Below are positions 1-9,066 of a stretch of DNA of 64,000 nt, piece by piece. Each line of letters opens with the position of its first letter. The first letter of the stretch is position 1. The position numbers were made by a program, and so were the translations under genes. The notes under the pieces were generated by a model. That model was not told where the DNA came from. It did not search any database and saw nothing but the letters and a program-made list of their open reading frames with translations. Source of the stretch: a virus; the IMG/VR virus record IMGVR_UViG_3300045988_109836; one strand, written 5' to 3'.

Positions 1-2
1 TG

Positions 3-66
3 CAAATATAAGGCCTTATTATGACATACGCAACTGCGTATGTCATTTTAACATATAATTAACATA
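3..66 (-). promoter_or_regulatory. conserved promoter-family copy 1, firing leftward out of the window
   Basis: On the minus strand: GTTAA boxes, palindrome GACATACGCAgtTGCGTATGTC (23-44), then -7 box TATATTTG (3-10). The architecture matches the 6 other copies. Confidence 0.6.
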
Positions 67-185
67 ACCTTTCTTTCGGTAATATTATGTTTTTCAGAAA
101 TAGAAGAAAATGATATGTGATTATCAGATAGTTAACCCTAACTATGAAAATTACACCATTTTTCAGTATACAATAAAATAGAGAA

Positions 186-226
186 AATGAAAACCGGGAA
201 CCAGGCAAAAACACCCGAATTCCCGG
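186..226 (-). terminator. rho-independent terminator after 242..487
   Basis: Minus-strand stem CCGGGAA/TTCCCGG (220-226 pairs with 194-200), followed by TTTTCATTTT. Confidence 0.6.
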
Positions 227-241
227 CCATCCCGAAAACAA

Positions 242-487
242 TCAAATTACCTTATCATTAATCCAGTCATCAGAACTGTTAATTTCGTTCTCGTCCATCA
301 AAGGATAGGGATAAACGACCTCTTTCACAATCTCCTCGCCTTCCGGAATCGTCATTGCCGGGAGTACGAGTGAATTGTAGGTCTCCTCATGTAACAGCGC
401 CTTTGTGCCGTCGTTACTTGTCCGTCTTGTCTTCCAGTCCTTATCAAACTGTTTCAAGTCTTCTATAGGTATTTCCAACCATCTCAT
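242..487 (-). CDS. hypothetical protein (81 aa)
   Basis: ATG-initiated ORF followed by a terminator. No motif recognised. Confidence 0.6.
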   Translation of the reverse strand: MRWLEIPIEDLKQFDKDWKTRRTSNDGTKALLHEETYNSLVLPAMTIPEGEEIVKEVVYPYPLMDENEINSSDDWINDKVI

Positions 488-492
488 ATTCC

Positions 493-1509
493 TTAATTTT
501 TACGTTTCAACCATTCTTCATTAAGTCTTTCTTTCTCTGTTTCAATCTCTTCGGGTGTGAGTGACTTATTATAAAGAGCGAAGTAATAGATGACTCCTTG
601 CAAAGCAAAGCCTCTTGTTGTGTCTCTCAATCTGCCAATAAATAAATGGTCAGAATCTTTTCTATTGCCTGCATTAATCGTATTCCCATTATAAGAATTT
701 TTGGTTTGCCATGAAATTTCGCCATTATGTAAATCAATTCTATTGTTGGCACCAAAAGAATGACAATGATTATAAATTTTATCTTGAATAATTTCAAAAA
801 TAAATGCGCCTTCATCAGCAACCTTACTTTTTGAAGCTACTGTATAATAAAAGTAAGGCTTAGTTAATATTATTCTCCTGCATATCACCGTATAATCATC
901 AAGAATAGGAAGTCCAGTACATATACCGTAATCATCCATTCCGTCGAATACCAGCGCGCCTTCATAGGCAAATGGCAGTTGGGTAATGGTGATATTACAA
1001 GTACCAATTACAGATGCAGCAAACCCGGTATATTTCTTGTAGGATATTGGCAGATTATTGATACCATTCTTAAGATAGGTGTATGTTCCGGTACCGTCTT
1101 CGGCATAAGATACATATCTTAACTTTATATCATCCGTTATGCCTTCCACCTTTACTTGGTATGAAGATATTGTTGCGTCTACAGATGTCTGTAAAAACTT
1201 ACTGTCTGCAACCAATATTTCCGTCAGATGAATAACAGAATCGGAGTTTGTGAAATTGGCTGCATTTACATTCTTTGTCCAGGAATTGAAATCTATCTCA
1301 TACTTACCGAACCCGGAAGAAAGAGAATAAGCGAAGTTCTTTAGCTGAATCTCATTACCCTTTACTCCAGTAATAGAGGAAGGTTTGTCATTATTGGAAA
1401 GTCCGGACATGAACCAAGCGTCTACCAGTGCCTTATTAAAAGGCGGTTCGGGAGAACCAGCCTTGCCAGTCCTCCTATCAAACAAAAGACTTGAACCGAT
1501 ACCAATCAT
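493..1509 (-). CDS. LamG/concanavalin-A-like lectin-fold protein, possibly a virion receptor-binding protein
   Basis: 338-aa ORF whose ATG overlaps the upstream stop (ATGA). The C-terminal half reads FDGMDDYG...HLFIGRL...FALQGVIYYFALYNKSLTPEEI, a LamG-like pattern. Confidence 0.6.
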   Translation of the reverse strand: MIGIGSSLLFDRRTGKAGSPEPPFNKALVDAWFMSGLSNNDKPSSITGVKGNEIQLKNFAYSLSSGFGKYEIDFNSWTKNVNAANFTNSDSVIHLTEILVADSKFLQTSVDATISSYQVKVEGITDDIKLRYVSYAEDGTGTYTYLKNGINNLPISYKKYTGFAASVIGTCNITITQLPFAYEGALVFDGMDDYGICTGLPILDDYTVICRRIILTKPYFYYTVASKSKVADEGAFIFEIIQDKIYNHCHSFGANNRIDLHNGEISWQTKNSYNGNTINAGNRKDSDHLFIGRLRDTTRGFALQGVIYYFALYNKSLTPEEIETEKERLNEEWLKRKN

Positions 1510-1826
1510 AAGCCTATATTGAATTGAGCAGTTGTACCATCCTTAAGCACTTTATCAATAAGATAAGGCATAGGAGAACCCATATAAGCGGAAACCTCGG
1601 TTTCGGAAATGGTATATGTATCTGGACCAGTCTCACCGATAAGGTGTACTTTGACAGTACCACTCGTCAATGGAATAATAAGAAACGCCCTTTTATCATC
1701 GGGAACCAAGGTGTACTTTGACAGTACCACATCTTCGGCTGGTGTGCCGACCTCGAAAGCGCGTGAAATCGCTGTTATGCTCTCAAAACCCTTGTTATTT
1801 GCTATGCTTACTTTAGTAGGATACAT
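1506..1826 (-). CDS. hypothetical protein (106 aa)
   Basis: ATG ORF translationally coupled (ATGA) to 493..1509. Confidence 0.7.
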   Translation of the reverse strand: MYPTKVSIANNKGFESITAISRAFEVGTPAEDVVLSKYTLVPDDKRAFLIIPLTSGTVKVHLIGETGPDTYTISETEVSAYMGSPMPYLIDKVLKDGTTAQFNIGL

Positions 1827-1948
1827 AATTATTTCAATTTAAATTTACAAATGATAAAAATACGAAATTTGCAAAATCGCGGCTACAGCATACTGTAGTA
1901 TCGATTGACCCCTAAGTGATAATACTTTTTGGATATAGTAAAATATAT

Positions 1949-2416
1949 TTACGCCTTAAATAGCGTCACTTTCTGTCCGTTGCATAGGTCCATCGTGTCT
2001 ACATGCAGCCAGCTAACCCCGTCCTCCAGTCTGATAGGATAAGGAAGTTTATCGGAATCGTCCACAATGAGTTTACGTGCCGCCTCAGCCTCCATTCCGG
2101 ACACCGTAATATCGAACCCTCGACCCAGGGCGTGAGCCGAAAGATACGGCTTTTCAAGCATTGTTTTTTCCTTGCATAGAACGCACACATTGCATCTTAA
2201 GCCGCGTTGTGAATAGCTGCCTCCATTCTGCCAGTTATTGATAGTGAAGGGCTTACAAATGATTTCTTCCCTCAATACAAGTAGGGTTTCCAGTGCTTCG
2301 GTCGCGAAAAAGCTCCATATCTGCGATTCCGAATACTTCCTGTATACGTGTGGGCATACAAGTTCCGGCAGCGTAAAATACTTTTTCAACCTTTCGATAA
2401 TTTCTTTTCTTTTCAT
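1949..2416 (-). CDS. peptidase M15-type peptidoglycan hydrolase (endolysin)
   Basis: Zn-ligand motifs SAHALGRGFD (H-x6-D) and SWLHVD in a 155-aa protein. ATG start checked. Confidence 0.75.
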   Translation of the reverse strand: MKRKEIIERLKKYFTLPELVCPHVYRKYSESQIWSFFATEALETLLVLREEIICKPFTINNWQNGGSYSQRGLRCNVCVLCKEKTMLEKPYLSAHALGRGFDITVSGMEAEAARKLIVDDSDKLPYPIRLEDGVSWLHVDTMDLCNGQKVTLFKA

Positions 2417-2563
2417 AATACAAAATGAATTAGATAATAAAATAGGGGTTACAGTCGTTGAACCAAGCTTTCACCCTCAGCCATACAGACTTGCAACCCC
2501 TACCGCCTTTGTTAACCTTTAAATACAACGTGATACAACCTTACCAGTTATCTATCACGGTAA

Positions 2564-2571
2564 CAAAGATA
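2564..2571 (-). promoter_or_regulatory. Bacteroidota-type -7 box (TATCTTTG) upstream of the endolysin gene
   Basis: Plus-strand CAAAGATA is minus-strand TATCTTTG, about 150 nt upstream of the ATG at 2416. Confidence 0.4.
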
Positions 2572-2593
2572 GGAATTTTATCTCAAAAATGAA

Positions 2594-2827
2594 CTAAAGT
2601 TCGGAAAATAATCGCTCGCACTCCTCCAATTCCTTTTCCATGCTTTCCTTTATCATCGGGAAATAGGTTTTTGCCATATCCTCGCTGATGTAGAAATAGG
2701 AATCGTAGGAGTTCGTTATTTGTATCTTCCCTTCCATCTCAAACCTGGAAATTCGTTCTAATTGGTCTTTCAAATATTCGATTTTATTATGTAATCTATT
2801 TGCTTCTTTTAATTTCGACTTGTCCAT
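2594..2827 (-). CDS. hypothetical coiled-coil protein (77 aa)
   Basis: Start moved to the ATG at 2827 (MDKSKLKE), because the longer ORF overlaps the terminator hairpin at 2844-2860. Confidence 0.6.
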   Translation of the reverse strand: MDKSKLKEANRLHNKIEYLKDQLERISRFEMEGKIQITNSYDSYFYISEDMAKTYFPMIKESMEKELEECERLFSEL

Positions 2828-2843
2828 AACTGATTGATAATAA

Positions 2844-2860
2844 AGCCCCATTTCGGGGCT
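2844..2860 (-). terminator. hairpin terminator after 2891..3376
   Basis: Stem AGCCCC/GGGGCT with a 5-nt loop. T-rich tracts flank it on both strands. Confidence 0.5.
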
Positions 2861-2890
2861 TTTGTGAAAATAATAAGTATACTGAAAAGA

Positions 2891-3376
2891 TTATTCTACG
2901 ATTTCCGCGTCACTTTCCGGCTCATATTCCTTCTTTTCTTCTTCTTTAGGGGCGTTCTTCCACTGGTCAATGAAATGCTCGATTACACGTCGTCCGTCAG
3001 TCACAACCTTTTCCAGTTTCTCGTCCGGTTCCAGCATCTCGTCTGCCATTGCTGCCGCTACATGCTTTGCCTTCATCACTTCCTCCACAAGGTTTTCATT
3101 GTTTGCCAGCTCGTCAAGATTGCGTTTTGTGAGTAGGTTGAATGTCAGTCCTTCAATGATTTGTTTCCGCTTTGACATAGCTTGCAACATAGCATTCATA
3201 CGGGGTGCAAACTGTTCCGGCTTCATGTTCTCGAATGCCTTGTTGTCGAATCCTTCAAACTTTTCTGCCGCCATGAATGCCACTTCATATTCTTTTGGTG
3301 TCATTACCACGCCTGCCTGCAAACACTCTGTGCAGAATAGGATAAACTTGACGTTGTTTCTCAAATCCTTTTCCAT
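2891..3376 (-). CDS. hypothetical protein (161 aa)
   Basis: ATG ORF with an acidic C-terminus. No motif recognised. Confidence 0.75.
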   Translation of the reverse strand: MEKDLRNNVKFILFCTECLQAGVVMTPKEYEVAFMAAEKFEGFDNKAFENMKPEQFAPRMNAMLQAMSKRKQIIEGLTFNLLTKRNLDELANNENLVEEVMKAKHVAAAMADEMLEPDEKLEKVVTDGRRVIEHFIDQWKNAPKEEEKKEYEPESDAEIVE

Positions 3377-3403
3377 AATTAGCTATTGTTTAATATATTA
3401 GGG

Positions 3404-3811
3404 TTATTCCATTGTTTTATATGTTTTCCCGGTCTCCGTGTCTTTCCATGTTATCACCATGTCCTTTCCTGCCTTGACGCTTACAAGTTCCACGTGTACC
3501 ATATTGCCGTTCTCGTCCTTTATATAGTGCTCCGGTTCATATTCCTTGTCATATTCCCGGTATTTCTTTATGAACGTGTCATAGTCTATTGTCTCCGGTT
3601 TATCCTCCCAGTCCATTATCTGGATAATTAGGGTTTCTATATTCCCGTCTATCACGTTTGATGCTTCCTGGTATGACATCCTCAGTTCTTCGTCCAGCAC
3701 TTCCAGTACCTCCGCTATCCTTCGGTTGCAGTCCTCGTATGTCCTTATGCAAGACGTTAGGTCTATGCGTTTGTTCTTTAAATACTCCTTGAATTCCTTT
3801 TCTCTTTTCAT
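3404..3811 (-). CDS. hypothetical protein (135 aa)
   Basis: The track ORF starts at a GTG. The ATG at 3811 (MKREKEF) is preferred. Confidence 0.7.
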   Translation of the reverse strand: MKREKEFKEYLKNKRIDLTSCIRTYEDCNRRIAEVLEVLDEELRMSYQEASNVIDGNIETLIIQIMDWEDKPETIDYDTFIKKYREYDKEYEPEHYIKDENGNMVHVELVSVKAGKDMVITWKDTETGKTYKTME

Positions 3812-4136
3812 ATCGTTATTAATTGATTGTTCCACGTTTTACAATGATACAAGAACCGTGCCAGGAACATTCCCTGCCGCCATATCGGCTTTCCATATAT
3901 CCTTTCCCTTTCTTTTGCAAATTAACAATTATAGGTTGACGGTTTATAATCATGTTTATATAGGGTCCGGACATAACAACCCTTTCTTTTCCTTTTATGG
4001 TGTAGGGTCTATCCCTTTCCGGTTCTTCTTATCATTGCTTTTTCGCCCTTTCTTGATACCCTATTACCACTATAATAAATGTATAACGGGTTAGTAAATA
4101 TTGGTCTGTAGGGTATCGTAGGGCTGTTTTCCCTTT

Positions 4137-4547
4137 CTATTTCTCCTTGTATATCCCGGTTACAATTCCTTCTTCGTCTGTTATGAATAGGGTGCGGTGT
4201 TCCTTTGATTCGTACACTCTTTCTGATAGTCTGTTTACTGCATAGGTGTTCCCGTTCTCGTCCTCAATGGTGTACATTATCCGGTTTCCTTTCTTGAATG
4301 TCGGTTCTTTGGGTTGGTTCTTTCCCTCCTCTTCTTTCACCCTATAGAAGTCACTGAAGAATTGTTCCACGTGAAACAATGGGCTTTTTGCTGTCTGTTC
4401 TCCTATCAATATAGCGGTGACTTGCTTTGATTTAGAGGCTGTTAAACCCATTGAATCGCAAATATTGAACACTCCGCCAATTTGTGTATCATTGTTATAC
4501 ACTATAATGCTGTTGTCGTACTTTTTTTGAAATTCTTCCTTTTCCAT
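4137..4547 (-). CDS. hypothetical protein (136 aa)
   Basis: The internal ATG at 4547 (MEKEEFQKKY) was chosen. The upstream part of the track ORF looks like leader sequence. Confidence 0.65.
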   Translation of the reverse strand: MEKEEFQKKYDNSIIVYNNDTQIGGVFNICDSMGLTASKSKQVTAILIGEQTAKSPLFHVEQFFSDFYRVKEEEGKNQPKEPTFKKGNRIMYTIEDENGNTYAVNRLSERVYESKEHRTLFITDEEGIVTGIYKEK

Positions 4548-4660
4548 AATCTTTTTATTTTTATGTTCTGTGAAATATCTATATTGGAAACCAGAAAGAT
4601 AGAGGTTACTCTGATTTTCGCCTCTTCTTTCAATGCACTTAAAATTTGTATTGAATTGTG

Positions 4661-4852
4661 TCAAGAGGGTCGGCACCATTGGCGATAAATTCTGTCACAA
4701 ATTGCTTCATCGCTTTCAAAAGGACCAGCAAGTGTATATATCACTTGTTCGGGTTCGCCATGAGGCTTAATTGTCACTTCGTATTCGTCTGGCCCACATG
4801 GATTATGTGCTATTCGCTTGCAGTTAACTATTGCTTTATCATACTCTTTCAT
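4661..4852 (-). CDS. hypothetical small protein (63 aa)
   Basis: The track ORF starts at a TTG. The ATG at 4852 (MKEYDKAIV) is preferred. Confidence 0.5.
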   Translation of the reverse strand: MKEYDKAIVNCKRIAHNPCGPDEYEVTIKPHGEPEQVIYTLAGPFESDEAICDRIYRQWCRPS

Positions 4853-4889
4853 AACCTTATATATTTTGCAGGGCTTTCGCCCTTCTGGG

Positions 4890-5192
4890 CTAATAATTTG
4901 CAACTATCTGCCTTGTATTGGCGATGAAATGTTTGTTGCTTCCGGTCAGCTTTATAGGTCCCAGGTTCTCCCAGTCTCCGTTTGCCCATGTTTTGGTTAT
5001 GCAGGAATTTGTGTATTTGTCCATATTCTCTTTAATCAGTTTCTTTGCAGGTGCCAGGGAATAGAAGGTGAACGTATCTGATACTTCTTCGCATTCTACG
5101 TCATATTCCCATTTCTTCAACTCCTTGTTGAATTTGTCACCCTTGTATTTCACTGTTACTGGTTCACTGAAATATACTGTATAAATCTTCAT
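4890..5192 (-). CDS. hypothetical protein (100 aa)
   Basis: ATG ORF. Confidence 0.7.
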   Translation of the reverse strand: MKIYTVYFSEPVTVKYKGDKFNKELKKWEYDVECEEVSDTFTFYSLAPAKKLIKENMDKYTNSCITKTWANGDWENLGPIKLTGSNKHFIANTRQIVANY

Positions 5193-5219
5193 TTTGTTTT
5201 GATTTTTAGAGGTTGATGA

Positions 5220-5603
5220 TTATCTGTAATATTGTTCCCTTGCTGCTTTCGTTATTGCTTCTCCGTATTCTTCCGGGCTTGCCAGATATGGGATATTGAA
5301 CAGTTCCGATACAAGTTCGAGCTTTTCCTTGTTCGTCATTCCCTTTGCCATATCTTTTATGAAATTTGAACCGTTCAAGTCTACATATTCCTTGTATGCT
5401 TCATAAAGCTCTCCGCGTTCTTCCAGTTCGTGAATTACTCTGAGTGTAGGAATACATCTCATTATCTCTCTGATATATACGTGATAGTCTTCGCTTTCTT
5501 TTATTGCTTCATAGATAGGGTCAAATGATTTCATGTCTATAAAATCCATCACCTTTTCTGCGATTTTCTTTCCTTCTGATTTTACTTTGGGGCTTGCTTT
5601 CAT
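5220..5603 (-). CDS. hypothetical protein (127 aa), first gene behind promoter copy 2
   Basis: The ATG at 5603 (MKASPKV) is preceded by the conserved leader AAGTCAAACAAATTAAAAGATAAGATT. The longer track ORF runs into the promoter. Confidence 0.7.
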   Translation of the reverse strand: MKASPKVKSEGKKIAEKVMDFIDMKSFDPIYEAIKESEDYHVYIREIMRCIPTLRVIHELEERGELYEAYKEYVDLNGSNFIKDMAKGMTNKEKLELVSELFNIPYLASPEEYGEAITKAAREQYYR

Positions 5604-5647
5604 AATCTTATCTTTTAATTTGTTTGACTTATTTCCTTTTGACACTG

Positions 5648-5712
5648 CAAATATAAGTCCTTGTTTAGACATACGCAAGTGCTTATGTGCTTTTAACATA
5701 TAATTAACATAT
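5648..5712 (-). promoter_or_regulatory. conserved promoter-family copy 2
   Basis: -7 box TATATTTG (5648-5655), palindrome at 5668-5689, and GTTAA boxes upstream. Confidence 0.65.
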
Positions 5713-5728
5713 AGGTGGATATAATAAA

Positions 5729-5757
5729 AGCCAGCTATTTATCACAAACTGCTGGCT
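5729..5757 (-). terminator. rho-independent terminator after 5810..6007
   Basis: Stem AGCCAGC/GCTGGCT, followed on the minus strand by TTTTATTAT. Confidence 0.6.
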
Positions 5758-5809
5758 GTCAACTTATTAACTAAACAAGTTTTTATGAACAAAAATTATC
5801 CGCTTAATT

Positions 5810-6007
5810 TTAAATCTCGTAATCCACATCCCATGTTATCGAATCCAAAGATACGAATTTATATCCGGTTTCCTCTTCCAGGACCGATTTTATTTTTTCC
5901 ACTTCTTTGTCTGTAGGTGGAACCTGCATTATTTCCACGTTCATAGGTACGTGTACCTGTGTAATCACGTCCTCATTCATTTTCATTGTTGCGATTGCTA
6001 CTATCAT
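5810..6007 (-). CDS. hypothetical small protein (65 aa)
   Basis: ATG ORF. Confidence 0.6.
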   Translation of the reverse strand: MIVAIATMKMNEDVITQVHVPMNVEIMQVPPTDKEVEKIKSVLEEETGYKFVSLDSITWDVDYEI

Positions 6008-6031
6008 ACTATTTATATATTATAGGGTTAA

Positions 6032-6199
6032 TTAATCGTTGTTTTCTTCCGGTATCGGTTCTTCCTGCATCCATTTAACGTACATCTTTTCCATGCACAT
6101 GTCAATTTCTTTCAATGCCTGCTGTTCGGTAAGACCGTATTCTTTTGTAAGTCTTTTCATCATGCACTTTATTACTTCCTCAACATATATCTTTACCAT
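6032..6199 (-). CDS. hypothetical small protein (55 aa, MVKIYVEEVIKCMMKRL...)
   Basis: Hand-translated minus-strand ORF that fills a gap. It is below the track length cutoff and is co-oriented with its neighbours. Confidence 0.45.
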   Translation of the reverse strand: MVKIYVEEVIKCMMKRLTKEYGLTEQQALKEIDMCMEKMYVKWMQEEPIPEENND

Positions 6200-6305
6200 A
6201 ACTGTTTGGTTTTTAATTGTTTATAAATAGGTGCACTATCTGTCACAGACCATGCACCGTATGAATTTTGAAAATCATAAATTAACTAAAAGTCAAAACA
6301 AAATG

Positions 6306-7445
6306 TCATTGTTTCTTCCCGATTTCAACACCCTTCATCTGTCTTAGACGGTTCAGAAGCCTTTCCCTCGTCTTTGATTTGGAAGGTTCTTCTATTATCT
6401 CGGCCTCGACCACTTTGGGTACCATTTCTTCCACGAATTTCTTGTTTTCCGTTTCTATCTCTTTCCAGTCATAGGACTTAATAAGCGCTCCAGGCAGCAT
6501 CACCTTTTCGGAACCCAAAACCGGGTTGCTTGCAAAGCCGTTGAAATCCTTGTAATAGGAAGTGCAGAGTTGGTACATCAATATTTCGGGCTTTATTCCC
6601 GATTTTGCAGCCACCATGCCCACTATAAGACTGTTAACGGGTATGTCTCGCATTATCCGACTTATGTTCTCCTCACCGTGCAATGTCGCGTTTATGTCTA
6701 TCTTCCCGTCAACTGTAAGTTTAATTTCATTACCTTTTACCTCCTTTCTTGCAGCTTCCAATAAGGCCCGTATTTCTTTTAGGATATTAAGCGCACTTCC
6801 TACGTTTCCTTTGCCCCAAAACTCCTCATATTTTAGCTGTAAGTCTGTCATACAGTCATTTATGACTTCAAGTCTTCCAGCTTCCGTCGCCACCTTATAG
6901 CGGTCTGAACGCATCACGTACTTGCTTTGCCTTGCCTCTATGAGTGACTTATGATTGTTGAAGAATTTTACCAAATCTTCTTCTCCGAGCGAATAACCCT
7001 CTTTTTTACGTATAATCTTGATTATATCTTTAGGGTTGTGCATGGAACCGAACAAGTCCAGTAACATAGGAGTGAGCTTTGCAAGCGCTTTTGCCTTGTC
7101 GTTATGCAGGTCAAAGGCATGGAAATACTCGCTCTTTACCTTGTGGAATTTAGCCAATAGAGGCAACATCACGTTTGTACGGATTTCCGTGGCATCGTTT
7201 ATGGCTTCCTGGGACGCTCCGCGTTTCGCCATGATACCTTTTATATTGACAAGCTTAAGGTCTATCACATAGGTATAGCCTTCGTTCCCCTCATACTGCA
7301 TAAAACGGTCCGGGTGTTCGTCAAGCTCCCTTCTTACCATCTCATAGGCTACATATTTATCTTGCATGTAGGGTGAAGCGATAAGCACGAAATCGGGTGC
7401 ATCTTTTAATATGTCCTCTTTAGTATATTCTATCTTTTTTGCCAT
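6306..7445 (-). CDS. hypothetical protein (379 aa)
   Basis: The ATG at 7445 (MAKKIEY) lies just downstream of a -7-like box TACCTTTG (7464-7471). Confidence 0.8.
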   Translation of the reverse strand: MAKKIEYTKEDILKDAPDFVLIASPYMQDKYVAYEMVRRELDEHPDRFMQYEGNEGYTYVIDLKLVNIKGIMAKRGASQEAINDATEIRTNVMLPLLAKFHKVKSEYFHAFDLHNDKAKALAKLTPMLLDLFGSMHNPKDIIKIIRKKEGYSLGEEDLVKFFNNHKSLIEARQSKYVMRSDRYKVATEAGRLEVINDCMTDLQLKYEEFWGKGNVGSALNILKEIRALLEAARKEVKGNEIKLTVDGKIDINATLHGEENISRIMRDIPVNSLIVGMVAAKSGIKPEILMYQLCTSYYKDFNGFASNPVLGSEKVMLPGALIKSYDWKEIETENKKFVEEMVPKVVEAEIIEEPSKSKTRERLLNRLRQMKGVEIGKKQ

Positions 7446-7598
7446 ATATAGAAGTTTTACTCGCAAAGGTAGGTTTTAATAGGGAAATAAACAATAGTTA
7501 TTTCACCAAATCAATACCATGTACACGAAACCGAAGCTTCTTCCTTTTCCTGTTCGACAAATGAAACTTCCGGTTCCACGTCTTCACTGATTGTTGAT

Positions 7599-7994
7599 TC
7601 AAACCACACAATTTCTTCCGGCTTCGCTGTCATGTCCGGTTCTGCAAATCTTTCTTTGTTCTGCATAATATCTTTCTATTTCCTTTTCTGCCGTTGTCAA
7701 TTCCCACGGCTGTAATAATAAATTCATTTTCATAACCCTGCATTGCGGCATCCATACCCTGTCATTATTGTATCTGACATTCTGAACCGCATGTACATCT
7801 ACTTCTACCAAGTAACGGTTTTCCTTTCCGATAACGACGGGTTCAAAGTTGACCGCATAGCACGCCATCTTATGCACAAAGTCTTCCTTGTCTTTGTATT
7901 CCAGGACGAAATTGCATATAAACCCGTCGTTGCTATCGTTATAAGTCTTCGTAACCTTCTTTTGATAGAGGTAAGCGATTATTTTCTGTATCAT
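7599..7994 (-). CDS. hypothetical protein (131 aa)
   Basis: ATG at 7994 (MIQKIIAY). It overlaps the 3' end of 7939..8886 in another frame, so the start is uncertain. Confidence 0.55.
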   Translation of the reverse strand: MIQKIIAYLYQKKVTKTYNDSNDGFICNFVLEYKDKEDFVHKMACYAVNFEPVVIGKENRYLVEVDVHAVQNVRYNNDRVWMPQCRVMKMNLLLQPWELTTAEKEIERYYAEQRKICRTGHDSEAGRNCVV

Positions 7995-8886
7995 TCTTCG
8001 GTTCCTTTTTATTGTTTTCCACAATATTTTGTATCAAATATCTTTGATACGCACTAAAAATAAATCTGTCCAATAAAGGGCACGAATCATTGTTTTCGTA
8101 TCTCCGTGTATGATTCAGAATAAAACTGTCGTCCGTATTTTCCGTTTCATATATCACACGTTCTTTATTGTTGTCATTGTCCCTATAGGCAATACTTGTC
8201 TTTACCTTGTATTCTTCATCTTCACCTTCCGACTGAATGTTTATTGTTATTGTATGATTCAGTTTATACCGTGTTGGGCTTAAAGTATGTTTCAATTTAT
8301 CAATATTTACATATTGATACGAGCGGTTAAGGGGCGAATTAACTATAATCACATCTTCTTTGTTTATCTTGTGCCATCCGCAACTTTCATCAGAATATGA
8401 AACAATAGCATTTCCCGTCTTTCTGTTATACCCTACAAGCATGGAAATACGCCCTTTCACATCCATTTCTTTCCCGATATGATTTTTAATATACGCTACC
8501 GCTTTAGCAATGAATTCGCCTTCTTTTATAGGTTTTGCTACATGTCCTCCCATCATATAATCCCACTTCAAATAGTAATATTCTTTGGGGAAATAGAGAG
8601 GATGGATAATCTTTACAAAAATTTCATCATTATAACCTCCATATCTCACTTCCCATTCTATAAGAACTTCACTGTTCGTTATATCCACTTCCTTTTCATC
8701 CGCTATTTCCTGCAATTGCTGCAATACTTGTTCTGGTGTGTATTTACATATAAGCTTGCTACTGTATATGTATTCCCCATTATATTTTCTTCCTACCCTT
8801 GCATGTTTTTCAAACGGCAAATGAATAGAGTTTTCCAGTCTGCTTACCGTCTCTTTGAAAATTCTTTCTATGTCTTCTACTTTCAT
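7939..8886 (-). CDS. hypothetical protein (315 aa)
   Basis: ATG ORF. No motif recognised. Confidence 0.8.
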   Translation of the reverse strand: MKVEDIERIFKETVSRLENSIHLPFEKHARVGRKYNGEYIYSSKLICKYTPEQVLQQLQEIADEKEVDITNSEVLIEWEVRYGGYNDEIFVKIIHPLYFPKEYYYLKWDYMMGGHVAKPIKEGEFIAKAVAYIKNHIGKEMDVKGRISMLVGYNRKTGNAIVSYSDESCGWHKINKEDVIIVNSPLNRSYQYVNIDKLKHTLSPTRYKLNHTITINIQSEGEDEEYKVKTSIAYRDNDNNKERVIYETENTDDSFILNHTRRYENNDSCPLLDRFIFSAYQRYLIQNIVENNKKEPKNDTENNRLPLSKEGYEDL

Positions 8887-8898
8887 AATCGTATTGTT

Positions 8899-9066
8899 TT
8901 AAATATCCCAATCTTTTAACGCCATTTCCAGGCATTGGCTTATACTTAATTTCGGGTCTTCCTTTAGGTATTCAAGCGCTGTAACGGCTACTTCCGCTTC
9001 CATCCCATATCTGGCAGCCTTTATCATGCACTCCAACCAATAGGTTCTTTCTTCTGTGTAGGTCAT
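8899..9066 (-). CDS. hypothetical small protein (55 aa, MTYTEERTYWLECMIKAARYG...)
   Basis: Hand-translated ORF. Its ATG overlaps the stop of 9063..9713 (ATGA). Confidence 0.5.
   Translation of the reverse strand: MTYTEERTYWLECMIKAARYGMEAEVAVTALEYLKEDPKLSISQCLEMALKDWDI

Noticed and set aside
59-241. 60-aa minus-strand ORF between promoter copy 1 and the terminator
   Set aside because: It spans the terminator hairpin and the promoter GTTAA boxes and has a hydrophobic, low-complexity sequence. It is most likely non-coding intergenic DNA.
2440-2520. Possible tRNA or small RNA gene in the GC-richer patch upstream of the endolysin
   Set aside because: No cloverleaf could be drawn. There is no 7-bp acceptor stem with a T-arm GTTCRANYC in the right register. 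It is interpreted as leader structure instead.
6039-6230. 63-aa plus-strand ORF in the 6.0-6.2 kb gap
   Set aside because: It has an implausible composition and the opposite orientation to all neighbours. The minus strand of the same region carries a well-formed 55-aa ORF (6032-6199).
7500-7622. Programmed frameshift extending ORF 7599-7994 into a trailing acidic 40-codon ORF (MTAKPEEIVWFESTISEDVEPEV...)
   Set aside because: No slippery heptamer or stimulatory structure is evident. The downstream ORF has its own ATG, so a separate micro-ORF or non-coding tail is equally likely. The evidence is not sufficient.
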